The position numbers and the translations under genes are program-made. The notes under the pieces were generated by a model that was not told the origin of the DNA, ran no database searches, and saw only the letters and a list, made by a program, of their open reading frames with translations. A DNA stretch of 64,000 nt from Tubiluchus corallicola (taxonomy: Eukaryota; Animalia; Priapulida), in assembly GCA_030141605.1 (NCBI GenBank), contig JAQGDQ010000025.1, positions 354,907 to 418,906 on the forward strand, read 5' to 3'. This document shows positions 50,830 to 61,920 of the stretch, piece by piece (the first letter of the stretch is position 1; each line of letters begins with the position of its first letter).

Positions 50830-53270
50830 TGTCTTACCAATGGATAATTATTTGTAGCTCTGTAAAATCAAGCATGAAATACTCGAAGCTCAGAGGTAGA
50901 GCGCATTGTTTTAAAAAGGCCAACCCTTGGTTTGACAAAGACTATAGAAATGCCCAAAAGAGTTTAAGAAGAGAGTTGCATAAATTCCAAATGTGCAGAA
51001 CTGGTAATGCCACAAGTGAAGTCTATTTTCATGCCAAACGACATAAATCTATATTATTCAAGAAATAAAGTGGCAGCACCAAGCAAGGTTAAGAAATCAA
51101 CTGCAAGATTGCTGTTCACATAATCCCAAAATGTTTGGGAATTTGTTAAGGAATGCAGGTTACAAGGTGAATACTGCAAAAATATTGAATTAAACAAACT
51201 TTTTTTTATCTTCCAATCACTAGCAAACCCCGTAACAGTCCATCAAGTTTTAAGGTTTGACAATTATTTCATGGATAGAATTACAACCCTTTTTTCGCAA
51301 CTATGATTTCGATGCACAATGTCACGACGCAAGTCATTACTGTAACGCGTCCTTTCAGGTAGATAAACTGCAAAAGTGCTAACTGCTAAATAAATAAGTC
51401 AAAATATGGTAAGGCAACAGGAAATGAAGGCATAAAAATGATTCATGGCAACTGCAACATTATTTCTTAAATGCTCTTTTTGCGACTGACAGTTTTCCAA
51501 AAAATTGGTCAGACTTGGGTATAATAACTGTGTATAAGTAAGGTGCGGCTAGTGATCCCAATAACTATAGAGGGATTAGCCTACTAAACGTTATAGGTAA
51601 ACTTTTTAAAGCAATGATATGTTCTAGACTAGAGATGTGGACTGAAACCGGTTCCATAATATCGGAAATTCAAGCTGGCTTTATTATAGAAACGACAGAT
51701 AATAGAACGACTATTATTGATAAGCAACTTTTCATGAATAAAAAAATGTATACATGCTTTGTGGATTTTAAGAAGGCATTTGATTATATGAATAGTTTAT
51801 AAGTTGATATCATTAAGCATGAAAGGAAGAGTGTTACGTGTGATCCGGGAAATCTATAAACGTACGAAAAGTTGTGTAAAAACAGATTGTGGTCTTACTG
51901 ATATATTTTTGGTACAAACGGTGTTTTACAAGGTTGCACGTTATCACCCATGCTTTTCTCTCTATATGTAAGTGATTTAGGAAATACTTAAAAATGGATG
52001 GCTCAGGTATCATTACTTTAATGTTTTCGACTGTATGTCTTTTAATATTTGCAGACGACTTGGTACTGATGAAAAGTAGTAAAGAGAGGTTGCAAACTTA
52101 ATTAAATTTATTAGCTGAATATTGTAAGAAATGGCGTTTAACTTTCAACGCATTTCAAACAAAAATTCTTGTATTTTGAAAAGCGTAACACTGTGACATC
52201 TGGTAATACACCATTTTATTATGACAACACTATGTTGCACCATTGCTTAGAATATAAATATCTTGGTGTATATTTTACAAAACTGGTTACTTCAACAAAC
52301 CTGTCGAACATTTGGTGACAATTAAGCTACTTTTGCAGTTTTTTGCAAAATCAAAAACTTTTTGCCACATTAATGTTAGTATGGCTCTGACTTTGCCCGA
52401 CACTTACGTCAAACCTATACTAAATTATGGGTGAGAAGTCTGGGGATGAAACATTATGAAAGTATAGAAAGATCATGTTAAAAATATTATAAGTCGGTTC
52501 TGGGTGTTAAGATGTCAACTCCAACTCTTGCAGTGTTAGCTGATCTAGGTAGATATCCGATTAGCTTAGAAATTAAAGTAAGAAGAGTTAAATATTGGCT
52601 TCATCTCGTCTCTCCATCAGACAGTAGATTATGTGGGGAGGCATGATTTGCCATGGCATGTTTTGCATAAGAAACTGCTATTGGATATCAATTTAGTTTT
52701 CCCATTAGACAATAATATTGCCCGTCTGTATTTCAATATTATCTTTCTAACTGATACAAGATAAAAAGCAAATTTTGTAGTCTCACAAAAGGAATCTTTA
52801 TTCAATATGGGCAATTATTGTTCTTAGAGAAATTTAGACATGATTTTCAGTTTGAGTCACTTGGAAAATGTTAAAAATCGGAAAGATAAAATGGCTCTGA
52901 CTAAACTCTAAACAAGTGCTCTTTACAATAAAGATTGGGTGATACGAAAGCCTACATGTACCAAGAGAAAATCATTTGTGCCAAATATATAACATAGTAG
53001 AGGCTGAATACCGTTTTTTGTTTTATTGTGAGAAACACAGTGTTGCATGTATTTTTTTAAATACTCTAACCCAATGTATTTCTGAGTTTTGTAATTTAAC
53101 TGATAATTATGCACTGACAATTCTTTTGTAATCATAGCAAATAACAAATGAACGTGCTTTAGCAAAATTTATTCAAACGTGTATACAATACCATATAATG
53201 TAATTGTCTATTTGTATCTGTAATTTTGATTGGCCCTGTTGACCATACATCAGAATAAATATCTAATCTA
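50830..53270 (+). mobile_element. Decayed, 5'-truncated non-LTR retrotransposon (LINE) RT region
   Basis: RT motifs in order across frameshifts and stops: NPWFD, DPNNYRGISLLNVIGKLF, QAGF, CFVDFKKAFD, GVLQGCTLSPMLF, IFADDLVL, YKYLG, VKPILNYG.EVWG, LGRYP. Ends with AATAAA and an ATCTA-type tail. Clade (RTEX/Proto2/L2-like) not resolved. Confidence 0.9.
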
Positions 53271-53955
53271 ACATAACTATAAGAAAACATTAATAGACAT
53301 AAATAAGTGTGTGTGCAACGTAAGTATTTAATTTCTTAAAATAAGTGGAAGAATTCTATTTACAAATGACTAGCAAATACCACTAGATTACTACTGTAGA
53401 CTATGTACACAAAAATTTTTAGATACAAGTTGTTCCCTACATTAACAATAAGTAAAGAAAATTCTTATTGATAAAGAAACTCCTATCTCTTGACAGAAAA
53501 CTTACATATCGCATAAATTTTTATTTTATGTAGTAATAATAATTTTTGTGAAACACGAAAATTTTAGTAAAATTTTTCAACAATTTGGCAAAAGTAAAGA
53601 AGACAAAACACATTGATTCCAAACCTTACCAGCTAGCTTGCATTGAAAAGAAAGTGCATTGTTTTATACTATAAAGCAACTGCTTATTAAACTATTATTA
53701 TTAAACTATTAATAATACTGGTTCTTAAATACATTATGTACATTAGACTATTAGACTTAATACTAAGAAGGTTGTTCTAACCTTATGTAAAGTTATATTT
53801 TCTTTGGCAAATTCTTATTCCATCTAGTTAACCTTGAGTTCAGTAATAACTGTCCATACCTGTAATGCTCAATCTATATCCAATAAGTGCTTGTCTCTGG
53901 ACCATGTGGATTGATCTGTACCACCAGCTCGTGCCTAATGTTGCCTCGTCTTCAC

Positions 53956-54081
53956 TTACTGAGATTCTTGTTTAACCTGTGAGTGTTGAATTCGAGTTTG
54001 CCTCGGTTCTATGCCTAACGAGATGCTGTACAAACTCTCATCCGGAACGAGTAGTGATCGATCCAGCAGATAATTACACAC
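53956..54081 (-). CDS. RASGRF: RasGRF last coding exon
   Basis: VCNYLLDRSLLVPDESLYSISLGIEPRQTRIQHSQVKQESQ*, with the typical RasGEF C-terminal LY..SL.IEP. Confidence 0.9.
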   Translation of the reverse strand: MCNYLLDRSLLVPDESLYSISLGIEPRQTRIQHSQVKQESQ

Positions 54082-54510
54082 CTGTGTGATATGCAGTAAC
54101 TAATTACCACGTGATTTGTATATTGCAAAAAGTTTTTCTACCCTGCTTTTGTACAGTTTGGCATTTTGGAAGTTGGACTCTGGTACTCAGTGACAGGTCT
54201 ACTTATGTAGATAGCTGTAGCAAGATAGCATCTCATTGTCAAGATAAGCATCTAAAATCAGATTCATATACTTTCTGCTTCAGAAAGGGAATACCAAGTT
54301 GCAGTATAGCTGATGAAATAGCCAAAAATAGTTTTTCCCGATGATCACCCATCTACCCACTAATTAACTTTGTTGCTGCTTCTGGCCAAGAGTCACACCA
54401 AGACCACCTGTAGACATTCAGGTCTGCCAGCTTTTACTACAAGCAAAATTTCTCTATAATTTCTAACAAATGCTTTATGGAGAGGCAAAAACTAGAGGCT
54501 ACTACTGTAC

Positions 54511-54579
54511 CTGTTTATTATGTTGTATGCTGTATGGATTCTGCTGTAACTGTTTTACTTCACGGATTACGTGAGCCAC
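54511..54579 (-). CDS. RASGRF: RasGRF exon (CDC25 domain)
   Basis: VAHVIREVKQLQQNPYSIQHNKQ; CAG/GT boundaries; phases 0/0. Confidence 0.88.
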
Positions 54580-54690
54580 CTGAAAGCATTATAATTACAG
54601 TAAAAACTAAATTCACTCATGTCATTCTTTATTTACTAAAAAAAGACGATGAGAATAAAGACAAACTTTTTAGAAAAAGAAATGTATCAA

Positions 54691-54771
54691 GGTGGAAACT
54701 GAGCCAGGATTTGAATTAGGGGCGTTTGGATTAGAAGTCCAACACACAAGAGCACTAGACCACTCAGGCAC
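54691..54771 (-). mobile_element. tRNA-Arg(TCT)-like SINE head or tRNA pseudogene
   Basis: Minus strand GTGCCTGAGTGGTCTAG (A box), TTGGACTTCTAATCCAA (anticodon stem-loop with TCT), AATTCAAATCC (decayed B box). Confidence 0.65.
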
Positions 54772-55380
54772 TTGCAATCAAAGTAAAATCTAATTCAATT
54801 GTGAAAGTTCAATAACAAATTCAACATTTCCAAAAATACTTTCTAACTAATTAAAATACTCTTGTAGTTAATTTAAAGCCTAAGACTGTATCATGGCAGA
54901 ATTAAAGAATAACACCTGTAGCTGATCCACTACACTAAAGAAAAAACTTAAACAAAAACAGTTTAAAATCACTTGTTAATTTTCATTTATTTTAGCGTGT
55001 CACAATTTCGCTTTTAATTAGGTTACAGACTGAAGACTAAATTCAATGAATAAACCATCAAAAATTGAAACACATCAACTAATTTTAATGTTTAAGAGGC
55101 AAGTAATTATAAAACAAGTTACAGAAGACTGGAACACCTCTAGGATAATCTATCAAACTAGAATGAAATGAGCTTGCTTCGTTGTCAGATTTTAGATGAG
55201 CTCACAGCAGTCTGCATCTCCAGTGGCTTATTTTTATTAAGAACATTTTTGCTTTAAGTGTGTAGGAAAATCTTCTCTCGTGTCAGACAGCTGAGTGACC
55301 AGACTAATGAAGTAATATCTCACTGATAATGAATAGTATGGACTCTGTTGATTTGACACAATTCATCATTTTGATCGAAA

Positions 55381-55560
55381 CCAATCTAATTTAATTAATT
55401 CTAGCCTAATCTAACTTATACCTTATCTAATCTGAGCTAATCTAATCCAATCCAACCAAATCTGGTCTAATCTAACCAAATCTAATGTAATCTAATTTCA
55501 CCTGATCTAATCCAATCCAATCTGATCTGGTCTGATCTGATCTAATCTACTCTAAACCAT
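55381..55560. repeat. Degenerate (ATCTA)n pentanucleotide repeat
   Basis: Visible directly, within a RasGRF intron. Confidence 0.88.
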
Positions 55561-55621
55561 TCTCATCTAATTTCTATCCTACAAAGATAGATTCTTTGAA
55601 TGTGAACTATTACCAACTTAC

Positions 55622-55739
55622 CATTCGCATTTTGGAGAAATTTACTAAACCGTCATCTGTGAAATCAGGAGTCCCTTCTTCAATAAATGAAAGGTCACTC
55701 AAGTACATGCCAAGGTACGGTATACATGGGGGATCACAC
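55622..55739 (-). CDS. RASGRF: RasGRF exon (CDC25 signature)
   Basis: [39 protein letters not shown]. Confidence 0.96.
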
Positions 55740-56277
55740 CTGCAAACAAATTCCATATTTTAAAATGGTGCCAACAAACTATGTGTAAATTCTTATCCAC
55801 TACAATGAACTTTCAATACTTGTAACTGTGTATAGCAATACAGTTTATGTGGCAGTCAAAAGCAATAGATATATCAGATGTAAACGAATAATTCGAACGA
55901 CTAGGGCCTGAAAGGATGGCTTGTCACTAATCATTCAAAGTGGTTTTTCCAGTCTCTGGGTGTAACAATATTTACACTATGTAAGGCCTACTATTTATGC
56001 ATACAATTATATAAAAAATGCAAGGCCTGCTGCTGTGGCAGAACAGTGTATGATCAAAACTGTACGCAAAATTAGAAAAAAAGTACTGTTCTTCACTTAC
56101 AGCTCATAATTAATGGCAAGAGTGGTACACAGACCATGGTTCACAATTAATAACCTTTTCCTGCCTGCTCTACCAAGATTTCAGTTTTTTCAGCAATTCT
56201 TAAAAAAAACTTTGTCGTTTCACTTACGTACACCCCTTCTGAGCCTACACAGAGTAACAATCGTAATTTTCTCATAC

Positions 56278-56357
56278 CTGTGTACGCCTTCTCTGATGTT
56301 GCGAAACTTTCCGTCAGATGAGCACAGATTTTGGAGTTTCTCAACCAATATTTTTGT
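56278..56357 (-). CDS. RASGRF: RasGRF exon
   Basis: TKILVEKLQNLCSSDGKFRNIREGVHR; phases 0/2. Confidence 0.92.
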
Positions 56358-57080
56358 CTAAATTAACCATAAAACACATTATTACAATAGCATTTATTAT
56401 GAGTAACAAATGATAAGACATCACTTTGTCATTCAAATAAGGCAAATAAAAAAACATGCAGTAAGTCCATTGTAAGCACTTCACTGGTTCTTTATATGAT
56501 CATAGGATGGATTACAAGCAAGTTTTGAATATAGGCTACAAGATACAATCTTGTAGTTACAATATAGGTCATAAGATACAATCCCGAAATACGGTAAAAC
56601 AGAAAGATTACGAAATTGCAATTACAAATTTGGGTTGCCGACTGATTAAAAACATTGTGTTCACTGGGACAGGTATTCAATGTTCTACTTGCTTAAAACG
56701 TTAGTAATGTTAGTCAGCTTTGCCACACTATGTTTTTTCATCACATTGTTTCTTTATTTCTGTTGTACTATCTTTATTGCACAATATCTTCTGCAGTATT
56801 TAGTAATAAACTGACATACAGTGCCTCATTCCCATCTTGAATTGTTGGACTTCTAATAACTGATCTAATACTTATATAATACCATGAGTGTATTAAATTA
56901 ATTGCATCTTAGGTTGTACGTTTCAAGTCCAGAGGCTGTTTCCATAATGCACAAAAGGACTCTAGTACAAAGTCTGTATTAAATTGCTTCAACGTAAAGA
57001 AACAAAAACCACAAATTATTATCGCTATGCATTTGTGAGATCAAAATTCTAACAATGAAACATTTCAGCAGTTATCCTAC

Positions 57081-57278
57081 CGCTTTTGGCAACTTGTCCC
57101 AGGTGGATTTCAGCCTGTAGAGGGAACTGTTTACGAACGCGGAGCAGATCTGCAGCACTCCGTTAAAGTTGTGCAAGCAGCGACATATGTCAGCCACCGC
57201 TGCCCACTTTTCAATCTTTTCCATCCGCTGTTGTAAGGTTTCGCAGCGCAGTATCTCAGATACTACAAGCTTGCTCAT
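57081..57278 (-). CDS. RASGRF: RasGRF exon (CDC25 domain)
   Basis: IEKWAAVADICRCLHNFNGVLQI..A...SSLYRLKSTW, characteristic of RasGRF. Confidence 0.96.
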
Positions 57279-58202
57279 CTGCAGTCAAAAGAAATCAATA
57301 TGTAATCAGTTGCTTTAATTTGCTCTTGTGCAAAGAATGACTAACAGTAAAAAATTGAAAGAAAATAATATCTGAAATAAAAAGCGCTTTAGTCAGCAGA
57401 GCCACAAATGATTTTTAGCGACGTTTCCATTTTTCAAAAATGTTGAAAAGCCTTAAAATGGAAAAGTTGTAGGAAATATAGTTGAAATAACTTTGATGTC
57501 TCGTCCGTGTTAAACACTAAAAGTAATAATATACTTTGTATGTTAACAAAAAAAACAAAAAAACAGTGAACCTTAACTCTGTATCAAAGCCATTTCTTGA
57601 AATTTATCTATTGGAATGCATTGCAAAGAACATTAATAACTTCCATTTTCGCATTTATCAAAAGCTTTATTTCTACACCTTTCTGCAGAAAAGTTGATCG
57701 ATATAATAAGCCACCTCATGGCTTGCAAAGAATTTTTACTTCAAAACATGCAGTAGCTGAAAATGTCTACTGCATGTTGTACAATTTTGACACATATTGA
57801 ACACTTCAGCAATTTAGGCAACTACAAAACAGGTAAATATTCAGGCAGAAAAAGGCTCAATAATTAACATTATGCATGGACATCGACAAGTGATTAATTC
57901 GTTCTCTAAAAATTAGAATATTACATATTCATTGGCTATAAGTGTCAAGTATTTGACTGTTTCTGAGCCAGCAGAATGACAAAATGCAGAAAAATGCAGG
58001 CTTCAGTGCAACTGCAACATCTGTGGTGTGATCTGGCAACTGCGTTCCTTCAGGGCATTTTCGCAGATGTTTATGCCACATTGTCCGCATGCTGTCAGGA
58101 TCTCAAAAAATCATTTACGAAAACCATCACTTGGTTCAATACAGCGTGGCAGTATTACACAGCCACACATAAAATACTGTGTACTGATAATGAAACACTT
58201 AC

Positions 58203-58287
58203 ATCGTTAAATCTCTGAGTAATCAAAACTATCGTTGGTGCTTTTTCGTTCTTGTCTGCTCTCATCCAAGCTTGGTGGAGAAACTCT
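58203..58287 (-). CDS. RASGRF: RasGRF exon
   Basis: EFLHQAWMRADKNEKAPTIVLITQRFND; AAG acceptor, GTAAGT donor; phases 2/0. Confidence 0.9.
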
Positions 58288-59102
58288 CTTGAAAAAGTAT
58301 AAAAAAATTAATAACTGGAAAAAACTGATATGTAACTGATTTTGTATAATTAATTAAAAACATGGATAAAATGATGAATCGCTTATTTTTCAAAGCAACA
58401 AGATAAAGGAATAAAATGTAAAATTTGTTTAAAATACTAACGAGGCCATGAGCTGCCATTCAATTTAGCAATAATTTGGTTTAGCAGGACTAACTGATGA
58501 CTGTCATATAAACAAGTGAGTAAAATAGCTCTGCCTGTTCAATGTCTCATCTCACCTGATTATCCTTGACAATAAGCTAAATTCCCGTCTAGCCACAACA
58601 CAGTGAGATTCTATACTGGATACTGATTTGCAAAGAAAAAGTGCACAAAGGACAAAAAAGAGAATTTTAGCAAATTTAAAAAATTAAAATTGTGTTTATT
58701 CGTGTGTTCATTTGTGTATTCAAGAAATATACAAAAATATGCCAAAAAAGTCATTCAATTAGACAGCGCTCAGTAGCGGGGCATTGTTGCTCCGATGAGA
58801 ACAAAATTTGTAGAGATACTATAAAAATGCACGACTTCATTGACACATTGTAATTTTCACTTAAAAATATTCTAAGAGACGGTAATAGTTTTCAAATTAC
58901 ATAGAAAATTTTTAGTTAAGATCGTATCCAAATTAATCTTTTTGCATTTAGCAGGTTAAAAGCTCCATAATATGGAAAATTCTTCGATACTATAACTTCA
59001 CTTGCTATCTCAGCTACCTTATATTTTACTTAATAATTATTTTTCCTTGGATGTTTCATCTTTTACCCATAATTTGTCTAGTCAATAGAACGTAATACTT
59101 AC

Positions 59103-59194
59103 TCGCTGTGTATGGACTGGAATAAAGCGTTGTCCAAAACTGTCATCTGTTCAGCTATTTCTAGTGCAGAAAAGTTTGAATCCTTGCTCTTTAC
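59103..59194 (-). CDS. RASGRF: RasGRF exon (start of CDC25 domain)
   Basis: VKSKDSNFSALEIAEQMTVLDNALFQSIHS. Confidence 0.92.
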
Positions 59195-59301
59195 CTGTTG
59201 CCGAAAGAAATAACAAATGAAAAGGCTTTCTTTTAGAACTTTTGTCAAGGTATGGCCATTATATGATATGTTGTCACCGTAATACAAAATTACTGCGAAA
59301 C

Positions 59302-60067
59302 CAGGGCCAGCTCTACATAGTTTGACGCCTAGGTCAAAAGTATTTTTAGCACCTCTCTTCAACGGCCATCCCCTTTCCCACAGATTCCATGCACCTACCT
59401 ACAAAATTGAATTTTTGTTGCATATATTAAACTATAATGGCAGTTGTGTACTATGGTCTATAAATGTACTTTAGTTAGTTACTTGAAGTTAATTGCTTAT
59501 CAGTAGCTACAATTGAAGTTGACCTCATTATACGCTCTAGATTTTCAGAAGCAATTAAAATTTCTACAATTTCTGCTGCACATTCTTCATGTACATGTTC
59601 ATGGCTAGATTTTCCTTCAGTCTTTTCATCATCAAAATTTTGAAACATTGACCAAGTCAGGCAAGTCTCACTCCTCTGTTTCACATACATCCATTTCATT
59701 AGTACCATCACCTTTAGGACCATGTAACTCTGGTCTTGTTGCAAATATTTCATTTAAAATTTTGTTGCTGTTTAATGTCCTCCAGCTTTTTACTTTTTGT
59801 TTCTTGTATTACACTCCTGAAGGCTTTGATTCTTATAGGTTTATCTGCCATAATTAGATAAATACTAATGCAAGAAACATTTTTACTAACGAAAGGAGTC
59901 GTTACTGACTGCTGTCCTATGCATACACTATAAACTATGAACATGAAATTGATAACATGTTAGTCACTATGTTATCACTTATGCTAAACTTAAAAATTAA
60001 GGAATTACTTCCAGAATTTGACACCCTAGGCAACTACCTAATTTGCCTAGTGGTAGAGCCGGACCTG
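59302..60067 (-). mobile_element. Internally deleted hAT DNA transposon, 766 bp
   Basis: 15-bp TIRs CAGGGCCAGCTCTAC and CAGGTCCGGCTCTAC (reverse complement); 8-bp TSD TGCGAAAC/TACGAAAC (7 of 8 match); decayed coding-like interior on the minus strand. Confidence 0.85.
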
Positions 60068-60153
60068 TACGAAACATGTTTGATTAATTTATTTAATTAC
60101 TTATATTAATTACTCATCATAATTACGAATAATATGAAAAAGTCAGAACTTAC

Positions 60154-60327
60154 AGCAGACGGTGTTAGTAGCTTGTCCAAATCGAAATTTGGCTGTTCAA
60201 GTTTCTTTAGATTATGCAGCAGCTGTACGCAGAGTTTGTGCTCAAAAGGTAACAAGTTTGGATTGCAGACCATTTCCTCCATGAAGTTTACAGCATGGTT
60301 GTGAAGTTCAGAGCTTGAATCAAAATC
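60154..60327 (-). CDS. RASGRF: RasGRF exon (end of REM domain)
   Basis: DFDSSSELHNHAVNFMEEMVCNPNLLPFEHK...LDKLLTPSA; phases 0/0. Confidence 0.92.
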
Positions 60328-60853
60328 CTGAAATACGAATCTTTCTGAATTTGTTTTACTTCACGAAACGAAATGTGTACTTTCTAAAAACAACAGGAAT
60401 GTATAGGCAGCAGCATGTTCTTCTAGTATTTTTTTACTTTCGATTTTCATAATGATGCACATCTTTATGCGGACTTCTGCCAACAAACTTAGGAAATATT
60501 TCCTTTTGCACAAAAACAGTCCCTTTTTTAGAATGCAAAATGGTTTACATGGAAAAATTACTGGCCAACATGTTCTTCCTGAATTACCCAGAACACACAA
60601 AAACCAGAATTTTATCACTTCTACTACCCTAGACTGTTAGTGGGACATTATTACTAAGTTTCTTTTAGTAACAAAAATTTTTAAAGCCATGTTACATAAA
60701 TCTTTAAAAAGTTATACTCTACATGTTAGAGCCAACTTCAGACCTATGAAAATAATTTGAGTTTGCAAGTTAAAAACATACTTTTAAAGTTTCCGTTAAA
60801 ATATTTATTGCTACACTTTCCTGAAACACAAAATAATATTATGATCACAATCT

Positions 60854-60997
60854 TCTTCTTCTCAGCTTTTCCCTATGCGGGGTCGCCATTGTGTATAAGT
60901 CGTCTCCATGCATTCCTGTTGTTGACCATCTCTTCATTTATGTTCTTCTCTCTAAGGTCTCCGTTAATACATTCGAACCGTTAATACATAATATGTG
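60854..60997 (-). mobile_element. 5'-truncated RTE-clade LINE 3' end with 21-bp TSD
   Basis: Minus strand encodes FECINGDLREKNINEEMVNNRNAWRRLIHNGDPA* followed by a (GAA)n tail; flanked by the perfect direct repeat ATAATATTATGATCACAATCT (60833-60853 and 60998-61018). Confidence 0.85.
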
Positions 60998-61070
60998 ATA
61001 ATATTATGATCACAATCTGAACCATAAAAGGTATTTTATATGTTGAATGTTTTTTTTATTTTGATTATAC

Positions 61071-61195
61071 CTGTTGATGTTTAGACACCCAGTGTCTGAG
61101 AACGTTGAGTACACGCATTGTGGCTGCCGTGCTGACGACACTGATTTGTGACTCGCGCTTTGAGTTAGCATACATCTTTGCAGACTCTCCAGAAC
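61071..61195 (-). CDS. RASGRF: RasGRF exon (REM domain)
   Basis: ...VVSTAATMRVLNVLRHWVSKHQQ, a RasGRF hallmark. Confidence 0.95.
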
Positions 61196-61467
61196 CTAAG
61201 AAAAAGTAAAGTCTTGTAAAACAAAACACATGTAACTACAGGTGTCAATTTTTTACAAGCTTTAGCATCATGCAAGCTGGAGCCCAGCACTCAACAACAA
61301 AGTTAAAGGGAATGGTTCCGGTTAGACTGGACTTTAACACATTATCAAAGACCATTCAGTAAGAAGAAACACTAAACCAGTAGAGATGCCTTAGTCATGT
61401 TCGGGTGCGTATATGCTATAAGCAAGGTAAACAGCTGAGAGCAGAATGGCAGATGAAGACACCAAGA

Positions 61468-61540
61468 AGCAGTTTTCTCAGTGGTCGTCCATCCATTTAG
61501 TGGTAGGGCTCTGCAATGTTTAACTTCGGTAGCTAAGCGC
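61468..61540 (-). mobile_element. 5S rRNA-like fragment (SINE relic)
   Basis: Minus strand CCGAAGTTAAACATTGCAGAGCCCTACCACTAAATGGATGGACGACCACTGAGAAAACTG is colinear with the 5S A-box to C-box region. Confidence 0.5.
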
Positions 61541-61792
61541 ACATTGTGATCAATTAGTTATTACCTTCATACATTGTTCTAGAAATAATAAACAAAACAG
61601 ATACTTAAGTAAACAGAAAATATTTGAAAATAAAAAATAACAAAACTGCTATGACAGCTTAAATGTTTAATGATAATGTTAAACTCGGTCATTAGTACAC
61701 ATAATAACAGATGTTATAGGTATGTGTGTGTGTGTATTATCATGGTGTTGCCACATAAGAGAAAATATAGTGGACTATGAAAGAATGTTCAC

Positions 61793-61920
61793 CTGCACTG
61801 TAAAAACGACTGATACCCCGTTGCTGTTGCTGTTGAACTTCACGCTGCGAGCTCAGTGATGCTGATCGTGATGCAGCCGTTGCTACGGCAAATGCCGCTG
61901 CAGCATGAGACGAACTTGAC
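61793..61920 (-). CDS. RASGRF: RasGRF exon (most 5' exon found in the window)
   Basis: SSSSHAAAAFAVATAASRSASLSSQREVQQQQQRGISRFYSA; the AAFAVATA motif is conserved in RasGRF. Phases 2/1; upstream exons lie beyond the window. Confidence 0.88.

Noticed and set aside
54691-54771. Functional tRNA-Arg gene
   Set aside because: B box mutated, extra bases between the D and anticodon arms, and a poor acceptor stem; treated as a SINE or pseudogene.
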